Origin: Ascidiella aspersa
Taxonomy: Eukaryota
Length of the DNA: 64,000 nt
Direction: 5' to 3'
NCBI GenBank assembly: GCA_963924565.1
Contig: OZ004612.1
Location: 1,798,001-1,862,000 of the forward strand
The translations under genes were made by a program, and so were the position numbers. Under the pieces are notes generated by a model. That model did not search any database, had not been told where the DNA came from, and worked only from the letters and a program-made list of their open reading frames with translations. Shown one piece after another: positions 36,701 to 49,455 of the stretch (the stretch's first letter is position 1; every line of letters starts with the position of its first letter).

Positions 36701-39700
36701 TTTGGCTGGGCTTTGGCTGGGCTTTGGCTGGGCTTTGGCTGGGCTTTGGCTGGGCTTTGGCTGGGCTTTGGCTGGGCTTTGGCTGGGCTTTGGCTGGGCT
36801 TTGGCTGGGCTTTGGCTGGGCTTTGGCTGGGCTTTGGCTGGGCTTTGGCTGGGCTTTGGCTGGGCTTTGGCTGGGCTTTGGCTGGGCTTTGGCTGGGCTT
36901 TGGCTGGGCTTTGGCTGGGCTTTGGCTGGGCTTTGGCTGGGCTTTGGCTGGGCTTTGTTTTGAATGGCCTTTGGCTGGGCGCTACTGAAATATAACCGTA
37001 CGTCTCTCTTCATCGCAAACTGTTGTTAAATCTTTAGAACATGGAGGCGAAGTGACCTTTTTCAAAATACACGACGTGAGATCAAACCTGAATGCATCAC
37101 TCAGGAACGGAGTGAAAAGTGTTGGTTCTTCGAGATCATCTGTTAACATCTTTACATTTGGGTGTAAGTTTAAGCAGTTATGCTTCTAGCTTTGGTACAG
37201 ACTCACAGAAAAGGCACACAAGGCATGTTTTCGTGTTTATTGCTTGTTCTGTCATGCTAGGATTGCTAGCCTACTCTTTCCAACCTATTATGACCTACAG
37301 AACTATTAAATAGTTTGCAGCACCCCTCCGAGAAAATAAGATAATTTGTTTGTTGTATTGTCACTATAAACAGGAAAACAACATAATCAACTCTGCAAAT
37401 GTAGGAAAACTCCTTCTAAATTTTGGAGTATAATGGTTGGAGGTTGTAGTAAGACATAAGAATATCAAAGATGTTGGAAATGAATAAAGAGTTATTCGAA
37501 ACGTTCAAAATGACACCTACTTCTGTATGGGCTTTGCTTGATATTCTTATTACGTCCTTCTAACGTATTGTACTTAATCTAACACAGTGTTTCCCAACCT
37601 TTTTACACTAGTGCCCCCTTGGGCTCAATAATATTTCATATCGTCCCCCTCATCTTGCTTTACAGTAAAGCATTATATTAATTGTTGCCTAACACTTATT
37701 GTCTTCACTTTCGTTTCGATAAGCTGTCAGTCATATTTTAGGTTGTCTAACATACATTCACTATAGGAATTTACGGATACATTAATTCACCAGGTTATGT
37801 CATTACAAGGAAATATTCAACTTTCTGCACCAATACTTTAAATCAGGGGTCGGCAACCACTTTTTGTCAGGGGCACCAATCAGACTCAGAAAGGTCTCTG
37901 TGGGCCGCTAAGAATTGTGTTATTGGAATGTTAGAACAACTGTGAATCAGACGGACCTCGGATTTTTTTCATCCATACTACTAATGAAAAGTGTAATAAA
38001 GCTAGTTTGAGGAAACGCGATAACCTTAGTGTTTATATATAGTGTCATTCAGTGTTTGTTAAGGTCTTTAAGTCCTGGCGCACGTTGCGAGCGAAGCGAG
38101 CGCAATTTTTTTGGGGGGGTATACCAACGTTTCTTTTAAATTTCGTGCTAGTATTTTTACATTACCGAAAAAAATCAAAAAATGTTAAACAATATATGTC
38201 TAATATTTTTGAATACGTTTTCCGTTTGTCCGCAACCGTAAAAAAGCGGTAATCTATTCCAAAAACAGCATGAAAACGTGAACAAACTGGACGTAGAATA
38301 AAAAGACCTTTCACGCGAACGCGAAAAATTTTTGCCCGTACTAAGTTAAAATAGTCAAAAAGTATTTAAAATGGACTCGCTTTAAATATACAAAGATTTT
38401 GCCGCGTATAAAACTGTGAAACGCATCAACAACCAACAACTTTACATTTATTACGTAACAATGGTCGGAAAACTGCATTAAAGGTTAAAAGTTACCTACA
38501 GTCCTGTTTGTTATTATTTTTATGTGAACTTTTTATATAATTTAGCCTATAAGTAGTTTTTTATGTAACGCCCCCTTAAGTGCATTCAGCGCCCCCCAAA
38601 TTAGAAACAGACCCAAAACGCCCCCTTGTAACTCGCCAACGCCCACAAGGGGGCGGTACTGCCCACGTTGGGAACCTCTGATCTAACACAAGGAGTTATA
38701 CCGAGGTGCTTACAAGGCACCTGATTAAAAAAACACTTTGCCTATCCTCTAATTTACAAATAACCTGTTTTCAGTTTTCAACGAATGTAAACTTGCAACC
38801 AAAGTCTGCCAGAACAACGCTACATGTCATGATATCAAATACGGATTCGGCTGCAGCTGCACGCCTGGCTTCCAAGGAAGACTATGTGACAAAGGTAAGG
38901 TTACACAATCCCGCGCATTTAAATCGCCAAAAAAACTGGTGAGTAGGTTTTGCTACAAAGGCAAGGCCACATTTATGAAAGCGTCTTATTTCTTCAAAAA
39001 GGGATTTTTAAACTATTTTAACAGTCATGGCTTTTTGCAAACCTCTATAAATCGCAACAAAATATAAGATTTCATTCAACAAAGCATCGTTTTTTTTTTA
39101 TTTGTTAGTAAAGACAAATTACAAATAAAAGTTTGTGACATAACGACTCCATGTTAAGTTTTCTGTGCGATGATTTCCATGTATTGTCATTTTGCTGAAA
39201 TTTATTTTCCCGTAGTTTAATGATCGTCCATTCGTGAAACCATTACGAGTAAAATAAAATACAATTAGTGGTTTATCAAACATGAGTTTAACCTATGTTT
39301 GTTTAGATATTAACGAGTGTGGCCTGGCTGGTTCGTGTGATGCGAATGCAGCTTGCAACAACACGAAAGGTTCTTTCATTTGCAATTGCAATGCTGGTTA
39401 TAGCGGCGATGGAAAGATATGTACTGGTAGGTTTAGCGTTATGACTAGTTTTACCACCTTGCAAAAATGGCGAGTCTGCATTATCGGTTTAAGGTTTGGT
39501 ACTGCGCATGCGCAAGTCGGGCTGGGAACTTGCTTTTTACTCAAGTCTCGATTCCGACTCCGCAGCCCTACTCGCGAGTCTCTCACTTTGAGAATGATGG
39601 ATGATGGGTTAAGTATAATGATTCGCTGTCTTGTTCGTAAATAGTTTTGCTTAAAATATTTTACCGCTGTCTTTAATTTAGAAATGCCGTCTCCAACTAA

Positions 39701-42700
39701 GAACATTACCTGAAAAAAAAAATGATTTTTACATGATAGCTTTTTATGTTTGACAGGCTTGAGTAATAGATGCAGTAAAATCATTCCATATAAAATTAAA
39801 ATACACATTACAAATATTCCACAGTCGGTTACTGATCATTAAAGGTTAACAATCATTTTAGACACGCAACCGTTTTGGATTTCATCTTTGAATTATTTGT
39901 TAAAAACAAACGTTATTACTCCTGCAGATATATAGATTATTACATACCAATTAACTAACTAATTGCCAGCGATTTCGATTATAACAACAGGTTGATATTA
40001 TTAGGGCTAATAATTAATAAATAACTTAAACTTATATTTGTTCAGATATTGACGAGTGCGGCCTGTCTGGTACGTGTCATGCAAATGCAGCTTGCAACAA
40101 CACAAAAGGATCGTTTACCTGCAATTGCAATGCTGGTTATAGCGGCGATGGAAAGTTTTGTACTGGTAGGTTTAGCGTTATTAGATTTGGGTTAACTAAG
40201 AAATTCTACAGTTTTTTTATCTGAATTTCACAATTCATTTGCTCCATAATAACAAGAGGCAAAACAAATGCAATGCGCAGCATTGTTTTAACCAGGGGCT
40301 TCGTTATTTAAAGTTACTATTTGTTACATAAAACTAATTATTAAAAAAACTATAATTATATTCATGGCACCATTTCAATCCGTCTGGTTCCCTAACACAA
40401 CTGTTTCACTTATGTTGTATAACCTCGTTAAGAATAGCGATTTTTTATTTTTTATTTTGAGAAGGAATTTGGGAGAAAGATTAACCTGAAAGTAGTAAAG
40501 TCAATTCTAAAAAATATGTCCAATATGAATTTGAGGATGTTTTGAAACAATTTTTTAATTAATTAAAAACGTTTTTTAATTTCAATAATACTAGTTTTTT
40601 TAAATATCAACGTTTTAGTCAGTCACTTTTGACGAAAAAAGAAATTCATGAACATAATGTTTTAGCAAAAACAATATTCATAGATCTAAAGAAGCTTAAA
40701 AACCGCCCTAAAATAATTGCGCAAGGCATTTTTAATAAAAAATAAACCAGAGAACCATATTCTTCTGTCGGTAATAAAATCTGGATAAATCTACATAAAT
40801 CTGTTTTTTTTTATGCTTTGCTGAAAAGTCCTAAGTAAAAATGTTTTTTTCTGCCCTTATGACAGTAACCCGAGTAAAATTTGATTCAATAAATTAACTT
40901 ATTAAATTTTAAACAATTATTTCCAGTCTGAAATTTGCGTCCTTGGAAGCTTAATGTTATGTTTATTAATATTTACTATACTTCTGTGACATTAGCTCGC
41001 CTTCCATAAACTCGTTAAAACAACATCTAAAAAATAAAGTTTTTAGTTATAACAATAAATATTTAAAAACAACAAAAATGTTTTTGGTGTATTTAATGAT
41101 GCAATGTTACCTCCTAATTATGTGTTTTTTCAAACTTTAACAAGACCAGCACAAAACTAAGAATAACTTTATAAAACGACACGTCAAATTGCAAACAGAA
41201 AGGATTGACATGTCATTTTATGAAATAATTAGATGCCGTCTTGTCTATTTAATTCTTCACAACGAGCAAAATTCCTTGACCAAGCGTTCTAGGGTTTCAG
41301 TTGTTAGGTTGCAGAAATACGAACATTTTAATTGAATGTCACTAAATGAAACCAAGGACAACACTGTTAGTTCGAGAAGGCGCCAAATCATGAAATAGGC
41401 ACGACACAACCAAAAACTACATTATTATAGTGCTTTTAACTTTCTTTGTTCAGATATTGACGAGTGTAGTCTTGCTGGTTCGTGTCATGCAAATGCAGCT
41501 TGCAAAAACACGAAAGGATCGTATACATGTACGTGCAATGCTGGTTATAGCGGCGATGGAAAGAATTGCACTGGTAAGTTGTGAACAGTTTGCGCTTTTA
41601 GGTTTAAGGTTTCCAAATATAATCTTATTTAGTTCAAATTAATATGTTTTCGACCAGTGACACAATTACTCTGACAAGCAGTTTTATGGCGTACTTAATT
41701 GAAACTGTTAATTGCACAGTCAATTTTTCAACCGTTTTGTTTAAGAATATTTTTGATATGTTGCTCTCTTTTTTATTGTTTTAGTGACTTCAACTATCGT
41801 GGCTATTTAATTGTTCGTTCAGAAACCTTTGCCTAATTAATCAATACTGATTAAAAAAATACTTCAATTAAACAAATCTGTCAAACATGAAAAGCCTTTG
41901 GTAAGTGGTCTGTCTACATCAGTGGTTCTTAACCTTTTTTAAGCCGCGTCCCCCTTTGGTAATTTTCTCCTGCCTTGCGCCCCCCTATGAAAATATTTCG
42001 ACATTTTGCAATTAAATATCACTAAGAAAACAAGAAAATAGTGAAGGGTGTTGTTGGTCGCGCGAAGCGCGAAAAATTTTGAGTTTTATTTGGTCGAATT
42101 GGCTAAACTGTGACCGAAGAGGCGTTTCGCATTGGACACACAATAAATTGCGCGAGCTCGACACATTGATTTTATCGAGCTGATTTTGACAAACGTGTTG
42201 CGAGGGCATTGACTCCACAGTTGTAAGAGTTGTATGATGTCGAGCGCAAAAAATGTCAAGCGCAAATATTAAACATTGCGTTATCGTGTTTCAAAAGATG
42301 TAACGACACACAATACAGCGGCAATATTGCAAAAACAATATAGTTTCGCGCAAAAAAAGTTCGACTCCCTTGTTGCTATAGCCTGTTATCATATATAAAA
42401 TATAGATGAAAAATAGTCCGAAAGGGCGATAGCTTTTATCGTTTATCTATAAGTTAATTTAATAGGGCGGTGATACCGTGGATTTCCAAAAACGGAATTA
42501 TAAGATTCGCTATTTAATTGTTCGAAAAATTTTTGCAGTTTTAATATCAAAGCTGGCAAAAAACAAGAGTTTGTATGTAGGAATTATGCCTAACCAAACG
42601 AAACCATTAAAATCACTGCAAATGTTAAAATATTGAAGTCGAGCTCGCGCACCCCCGGTTAAGAACCGCTGGTCTACATAGACATATTTGCAAGTTCGTA

Positions 42701-45293
42701 GAAAGATAGCACACATCTTTTTGAGGTTGCGGCCCGGAACGATTTGGAGGACTGTTACTGGTTGTAGATATAAATATAAAGTTTATTGGTTTGTGATAAT
42801 TCCTTGTTTTGCATCTTGATAGAGTTTTACTGCGACTTTGCTCCGACTGTGAGCAACGGAGGTTCGGTCACCCCCACTCTCCCCGCTTCTCCTGGTTACC
42901 ATGGCAACACCGTGGTGACGTCATCGTGTGCCAACGGATTCGAGTCAACTTCTGGCTCCAAAAAGTCGGAATGCAGTGCAACAAACACCTGGACACCAGC
43001 CTCGTTGAACTGCACAGGTAGGCCTACAACTTTAATTGCCTCATAATGTAAGTTTTGTTTAATCAAGTTAGCTTCATTCTTAAAATCATAAGACTTTACA
43101 AGTCAAGACGTTCTTTATATTCGTAAGATGTTTTTACCGAGGCTTTAAACATTTAACCTTTGTTCAGATATTGACGAGTGTGCCCTGGGTGTTGTTTCAT
43201 GTCAAGCGAATGCAGCTTGTTACAACACGAAAGGATCTTTTACCTGTGCTTGCAATTCTGGTTATAGCGCCTATGGCATTTGCACTGGTAAGAGTTCTGT
43301 GTAAATGAACCAAACCATTAGTTTCGTTTAGCTTGTTCTAAGTTGTACAAAACCTCACACAATGTACCAATGTACAGCCGAAAAGATTTTAGATTCAGGG
43401 CAAACTATTTGCAATCTAAAAAATAAATAGTTTTTTTTAAATGGCCTAAAAATGCGCGACTAATACCTTAAAGTGTTTTCTTAACGTTAAACAAAAAAAA
43501 TCAAAGTTTGAAAACCCGACAAACAGAAACCTGCCGCCTATGATTTTAGATTCCATAAAGATTCATCCTTTCATAACATCACAGTAAACATACATTCACC
43601 AAAAGTGCGACTAAACCTTGAATTTCCTAAGCTTGTTACGCGGGAGTCAAGGATGGAAAGGTAAAAGGTTCTCAGATGATGTCTTCGAGCTCTCACCCTG
43701 GATACCCTCCAAGCAACGGCAGACTTGACGGTCCTAGTTATTGGGAGGCAGACAGTGCGTAACCTTTCACATTTGAGCCTACATTTTACTCAGCGCCATT
43801 TTAACTATTTAAGATTTTCAGAAAAACCAGGTCAAGATTCGTTTTTGGTGGATTTTCTTGGAAACAAAAGAATCTATGGAGTTATAACCCAGGTATTGTA
43901 TTGTGCTGGTTTGAGAGATGTAAACCTTGGATGGAGTCGGCAAACTAATTTGCATGGCGAATAAAACTAACATCTTATCGCGGACCGGCTTAACAAGAAA
44001 TGTTTAATTATGGAAATTCAATACAACTTTGATTCAAAGTAAACCCTTTATTTATTTTAAATTTATTAGGACGACAAAGTTACGTCGTAGTCAAACCTAA
44101 TATAACGTAATAGCAGTACCAAAAATATATAAGACAAGTATATTTTAGACTTACGGACAGTAACCAACTTTTAGCGGACCGGTGGTTGCCGACCACTTGT
44201 ATATAATGTAGAATAGGAGTTTTGCCAAACCACTCGAGGTTCAAAGCTGTTAATTATCCTAATGCGTTATTTACTGTTTTGCAAGTGCATTGGACTGATA
44301 ATCGGATTGGGAAAAACAAACTTGAAACTTGGATGTTTTTGCTTTACAGGCCTTACTGTGTCTTCCTATATTCTAGGGTGCTGGAACACAACAATATTGG
44401 GTGACCAAGTTCTCTATAGACTACAAACCCAATGGGGCAAATAAATTCCAATCTGTTAAAGAAGGATCCAAAGTTAAGGTTGCTATTTCTTTGTATTTTC
44501 TATATATTCTCCTCACTTTTATCAATTTGACATTTATCCACCTAATGCTAATATTTTCTACAGTCGAGTTGGAACATCGGTATGAATTAGTTTCAATTTT
44601 TGAACTAAATATGTTTTACATAAAAATAGTATTAATTTTGCCAACATTGTGTTAAAAATTCTAAGGACGCTTAAAAGTGTTACAACCATGGGTGGGTCCA
44701 GGGATGTGACACGTGGCCAAATGTGTTTTTTGACGATTTTACCTTCGTAAATGCAATACTTTTTTGTCTTTTAACACTTTGATAAACTTGGATTGGCTCA
44801 AAGGCGTCCTGTGTCTCATCACACTAAAATTAAAGTTTTGAAATTGAACAGACAAATAGCGTATTTTGCTTTGCGCGAATTAATAACATCTTTATAGTTG
44901 TGACATTTTGAGTTAAGTCTGCGTTTGTTTGCGTCCTCAAAGAAATTCTTTTCCTACACCCGATCAACCAAAGACAAACCACCCAAATATACATCGAATG
45001 CCGGATAACTTAGTCTGATTTCCAATTTTATCTCTTAGACTTAAATTAATTCAGTATAATCTCCAAGTTATTCTTATTGGGACAAGAGAACAGCCAATAG
45101 ACAAAACATTTAACATTAATAGTACAATATATTTCATTGATAATAAAAATTACAGATATTCATCGGCAACGATGATGCAACTAGTCACAAGATCAACCGA
45201 TTTCCAGCTCCAGTTACAGCCCGCTACTTTCGACTGGGCATACAATCTTACTTTCGTCGGCCTTCTCTTAGATTGGAATATCTCACATGCTAA
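33784..45293 (+). CDS. 14-exon secreted mosaic protein: signal peptide-LCCL-4x calcium-binding EGF-Sushi/CCP-cbEGF-F5/8 type C (discoidin), 571 aa
   Basis: Exons, all GT-AG and phase-compatible, 1716 bp in total: 33784-33868, 35572-35694, 35941-36093, 37038-37163, 38775-38894, 39307-39426, 40046-40165, 41454-41573, 42823-43017, 43168-43287, 43632-43754, 43822-43892, 44377-44478, 45156-45293. Motifs: [36 protein letters not shown]; cbEGF DI[ND]EC..C.NTKGS[FY].C.C; CCP C..P.VSNG..C.NGF..C....W....C; FA58[46 protein letters not shown]. Confidence 0.9.
34166..34756 (+). mobile_element. Partial-tandem copy of the tRNA-like-containing retroposed repeat (tRNA-like part on the minus strand, 34516-34574)
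   Basis: 12-bp TSD TCTACTGAAATG (34154-34165, 34757-34768). The 3' segment CTGAGATCTAGCCCTTCGAAGCTGCTTTTTGACCAACGACTACGGCT is present twice. Homologous to 58453-58800 in reverse. Confidence 0.8.
34223..34431. mobile_element. Foldback/MITE-like element with perfect 64-bp inverted repeats
   Basis: 34223-34286 is the exact reverse complement of 34368-34431; spacer is 81 bp. Confidence 0.85.
36125..36957. repeat. Perfect 11-bp satellite (GGGCTTTGGCT)x75, intronic
   Basis: No variant units seen between 36125 and 36949. It lies in the intron that splits the LCCL domain. Confidence 0.98.
37420..37554. mobile_element. Penelope-like terminal-repeat remnant with an inverted segment
   Basis: Matches 48301-48410 in two opposite-orientation pieces; flanked by TCCTTCTAA direct repeats (37411-37419, 37555-37563). 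Confidence 0.7.
37585..38680. mobile_element. hAT-type non-autonomous element
   Basis: Ends CAGTGTTTCCCAAC / GTTGGGAACCTCTG; TSD ATCTAACA. Contains another hAT-like left end, CAGGGGTCGGCAACC, at 37844. Confidence 0.9.
41920..42671. mobile_element. hAT-type MITE
   Basis: Ends CAGTGGTTCTTAACC / GGTTAAGAACCGCTG; TSD GTCTACAT. Confidence 0.92.
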
Positions 45294-46869
45294 ATAGATT
45301 TTCAGAGAAAAGTCCCGTTGGAAAAATACACATCAGGATGTTCAGCAATATTTTCGTTTTTAAGTTTGAAATAATCTGTTGTTTTTTGCTTGTTGAGTGT
45401 TTTATTTTTCTCTAGTTTAATTTTGCTTTTATTAGGTAAGCTTTTAAAACATCAATATGACGTCATATAGCTACGTAACTTAAAGCGACGTCAAATACAT
45501 TTAATTTTTAAAAGGCAACTTTCGAAGTATTTTATCACAGTTGTTGAACTCATATGTGTGGGCTTATGTATCTTTCATCGTCCTGGTTAATGGTTTATTT
45601 TGTGGTTTAGTTCTCTATTGATCTCATATTAACTCATGAAATGGAAATAGAAATGTTTTAGTAATGAAAATCTGTTATGGAGTATTTTTATTTTCTCAAG
45701 CGAAAAACATGGACGCCTATATTTTAATATAAACTTCTTTCGATATATGTATAAACATCCTGACACTTAAATAGTTAAACCTAACGTAATCCTTTTATAT
45801 ACCAACTTGCATCTAGCTCTTTGGTGTAACGTGATGCTAAAATAATATATATCCTTGAGAAATGGCTATAATATATGTGTACTCAGTATAGGTTTGTTAG
45901 GTTGGACGCTTAACAAGATGCTGATTTAGTTTTATATGAATTTTCAATTTATTTTTTTTAACAAGGTTTCGCATGTTTTTTTTATTTATTTATTATCTTT
46001 TCTATCAACAAAACCACCAGCTGGAATGGCAGATTATATAACAGACCAAATTACATTTCTAAGATACTTTTTATAAAGCGAAACTTATTTCCTTTATTAT
46101 CTAATATCACATCATTAAGTGAATTTAAAGTTAAAACATAATAATGTTTGTTATAAATATGTGGCTACAGAGAAACTTGCGTAGGCTAAGTTAGAGCCTA
46201 AAGTTGCATTTTGATCGGACTGGCCACAACATTAGGCAAAACAGTGATCAACTTTAATTACATGCCATAAAAGTCTAAAGATGATTTTCTATGTAAAACC
46301 GTTGCCCTACAAGGAATACTGTATAGAAAATACATTATGTACCATTAAAAGCCCACAGTTGAATTTAGGTCGTTTCTGGCAGCTAAATTGGGCAAGACAA
46401 AAAAAATGACCAACTTTAAATTATGTAAGATGTTGAAAAAATCTTGGTTAAGCTAGTTGCGGCGTAAACGCTTTAAATTCATGCCAGAAAACAATGAATA
46501 ACTTTCTTTGTAAAACCCTGTGCATTCAAGGATTAAATGTGCACACAACTTTTTAATCTACTTTATAGCTGTAACATAAATAAATCAATTTATGCAGAAC
46601 GGTTCTTTAAAAAGCAATGAAGGTTTTACTTTAAATTTGTGTCGATTTGACTTGAAATTCAGTTAATTTGCAAATAACTAGCATAAAAATAAACAGAACA
46701 GCATATTGTAGCAATTTAATAAATATTTTAAAAATATTTTTGAGGATAAATCTTGTAAGCTTCGTAAAAATCAAGATTTCGTACAAGTGTTACTTCCACC
46801 GCTCGATGTCGCACTTGAGCTCGATTAATTAACCGCGATCAAATGGCTGAAGCTTAATCTAAGCAAGGC

Positions 46870-47094
46870 TGTCAGAACAACACGGCGCTGCGAATGAGAG
46901 ACCTTTCATGTTCGCATTCATTAGTTGATTTATCGTTTATTTGTCGATATCCGTGGCCCTAGTTTGTCGATAACAATTGCGGTTTCTTAATATTACCTTA
47001 TTTTCATCGACAAATCAGACGAACCTTGATATCTTTGAAACTTCGCACTTTTTCTTGTGTAAACGTTACGTTTTGATTCCAGACTTTCAGACAT
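46870..47094 (-). pseudogene. Decayed 5' fragment of an NTase-TPR paralog (twin of 13110-13335)
   Basis: Contains ACAACACGGCGCTGCGAATGAGAGA, identical to the intact gene near 18363-18387 (SLIRSAVL). Starts MSESLESKRNVYTRK and carries stops and frameshifts. Confidence 0.72.
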
Positions 47095-48300
47095 AACTCA
47101 CCACAGCTATTTTTATTGTAGCCTCACAAATATAAAACCCTGTCTTTACTCACAAGTATCACCACATATGTAAACATGGATGTCTTTACTTAATTAGCCC
47201 TTGTACTAACAAAACCGATAAACTAAAGCGGCGTGTCTCTATTTTAAAAGGCTGTTGGAAAATCTAAAAGAAGATTTCGCTTCCTTGAAAGGGCTAAAAA
47301 CAGTGAAAGTGACGACATTTGTCCAGAACTTGCTCGGAATTCCACGCAAGATGAGATTCTGAAGCACTTGGATTTGGTGAAACGTGAACACACAGTATAA
47401 GATCTATGCTTTAAACGCCATTGTTTTGGCGCCGGACTATATTCTTTTATGTTCGGTTTACTTGCCCCTGTTAAGGATTAGGCCAGTGTTTCTTAACCTT
47501 TTTTACTTGGGGGCGCACCTAGAGACGTATAGAAACGCGGCGGCGCACCTTACGAGCGAAGCGAGTCCGAAATTTTTGAGGTGTACCTGTATTTCTCTTA
47601 TAAATTACTTGCCATTTTTTATTGTATAGGCTTTATAGATGCATATCTTTAAAGAGATCCAGCCTTGAGACCAAAATAAGAACAACGTCAACTTTGGAAT
47701 AAACGCCGGTTAGGAATAAGGCGTAAAAATGACGAAATCGGAATGAGAACTAAATGGCCAAACTAAGGCCAATACAACCTTTTATCTAACCCCAAACACC
47801 ACCCATAGCTACCACCAACTCCCCGAATATTTTTAACCCTAGCCCAATTGCTAACACCACCAACTACCGCCTATAAGCCCAAACAGAGGCAAAAAATCCG
47901 GGGCCAAAACAGCGACGCCCAAATGTCGACAGCAAACGGCCAATGCCAGGCATGTGTCCCCCAATCATCCCATAACCTTTGCTACAGTCCTGGGCGTAAT
48001 TTTGTATTATTCCGATTAATTCAGAGCTTAATTCGACATGTTTAGGTCTTATCTAGACCAGTGCTCTTCAACGGTGTGCACGGTGCACCCTAAATATGTA
48101 TATACCCTTTCGTACGGGTGCATCAAAATATGCATGGGGTGCACCAGTACGAAAAGGTATACAAGGGTGCATAACAAAATGTTAATGAACCATTTATATT
48201 TGACTTTCAGGATATTACAAAAATAATGTAGGTTTCGACTGATGTATAAATAAATCTGTTACATCGCAAATCTACATTTTTCTAATCAGTTCCCCTTTTG

Positions 48301-48927
48301 GAGCATAATGGTTGGAGGTTGTAGTAAGATGTGACAAGAATATCAAAGCTCATACAAAAGCAGGTATCATTTTGGACGTTTCGAATAACTCTTTATTCAT
48401 TTTCAACATAGAGAGAAGTCCCTGATGGAAGTGTATATATAGTGCAAAGGCAGACATCAGAAAGAAGGAAACGTGGATAGATACATAATCTAAACCGGGT
48501 GTGCGGCGATTAGAAGGTAGGTCGCCGATAGCAGATAAGGCCATCCACGTGATCAGATGTTGAAAAGATAGAGCGGTATAGAAGCTTGGTCTGCGTTCAT
48601 TTCCGGGTTGTGCCGTGTTATTTCAACGGTTTCCTTAATCAAAAGACGACGCCAACACCGACTTGTCGCAAGAATCTTGGGGTTTTTAAAATCGATTTTG
48701 TGACCAGGATTTTGATGCAAATGCCTTGCCACGTCTGTGTCCTGCGTGGACCGTGATGAAGGGTCGTGGTTGTCCATACGCACTTGTAGGTTACGCTTGG
48801 TTTGTCCAATATAAGTAGATCCGCACGAACATTGCACTTTGTATATAACTCCTGAACGACGTAACACATGCTGGTGGTCCTTGTGTATAAAAAACGAACT
48901 GATAGGTGTGGCTTCGTGGCTGAAAAA
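48301..48927 (-). mobile_element. 5'-truncated Penelope-like retroelement (GIY-YIG endonuclease C-terminus + 3' UTR with hammerhead-like motif)
   Basis: ORF 48553-48867 reads GVIYKVQCSCGSTYIGQTKRNLQVRMDNH...VARHLHQNPGHKIDF..KIL...RRLLIKE, the PLE-type GIY-YIG with Cys/His motif. 13-bp direct repeat AGTTCCCCTTTTG at 48288-48300 and 48928-48940. Confidence 0.88.
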
Positions 48928-49291
48928 AGTTCCCCTTTTGTATAATTTAAATGGTTAAAATCACCGCCTCATGCGGTCATGATGTCGCCTCGTTTTTTGT
49001 TGGAAATGTAGCCGCTTGTGTTGCTAAGTTTTTGAGCTGCAAATGCTTTATTGTTAGTTACTTTACAGAAGTAATTTTAAGCTTAATTTAAACCAACTGT
49101 GTGAAGTTACATTTGCCGTGTATATAAAAAAAAAAAACATTTGAACCCAAGCTAATATTTAAGTGCTGCGTTGAATGTTTAGTTGTAGTTGTAGGCCTAT
49201 ATGTAAATATTAACTCAATATACCGTAAGTATTATTTAAGAGACACCATACACCGACTTTTGCACCTGTTAAATGTTGCAGAATACAGAAG

Positions 49292-49455
49292 CAGGTTTTT
49301 TTTAAGGTTTGGTTTGGGTGACCGCTAAGCAGATTTAAGAGACCGCAAGTGTTTCATTTAAATACCAAAAAGTTGCAAGTCGAAAATTTGGGAAACCGCT
49401 GGAGAAATTTGGGGGATCGTCGTTTCGGTCCCCCAAAACACCTTAAAAAACACTG
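49292..49455. mobile_element. Small hAT-type MITE (third nesting level)
   Basis: Ends CAGGTTTTTTTTAAGG / CCTTAAAAAACACTG; TSD TACAGAAG. Confidence 0.85.

Noticed and set aside
36114-37013. Four 277-299-aa ORFs ([11 protein letters not shown] / [11 protein letters not shown] repeats)
   Set aside because: Artefacts of a stop-free 11-bp satellite lying inside an intron.
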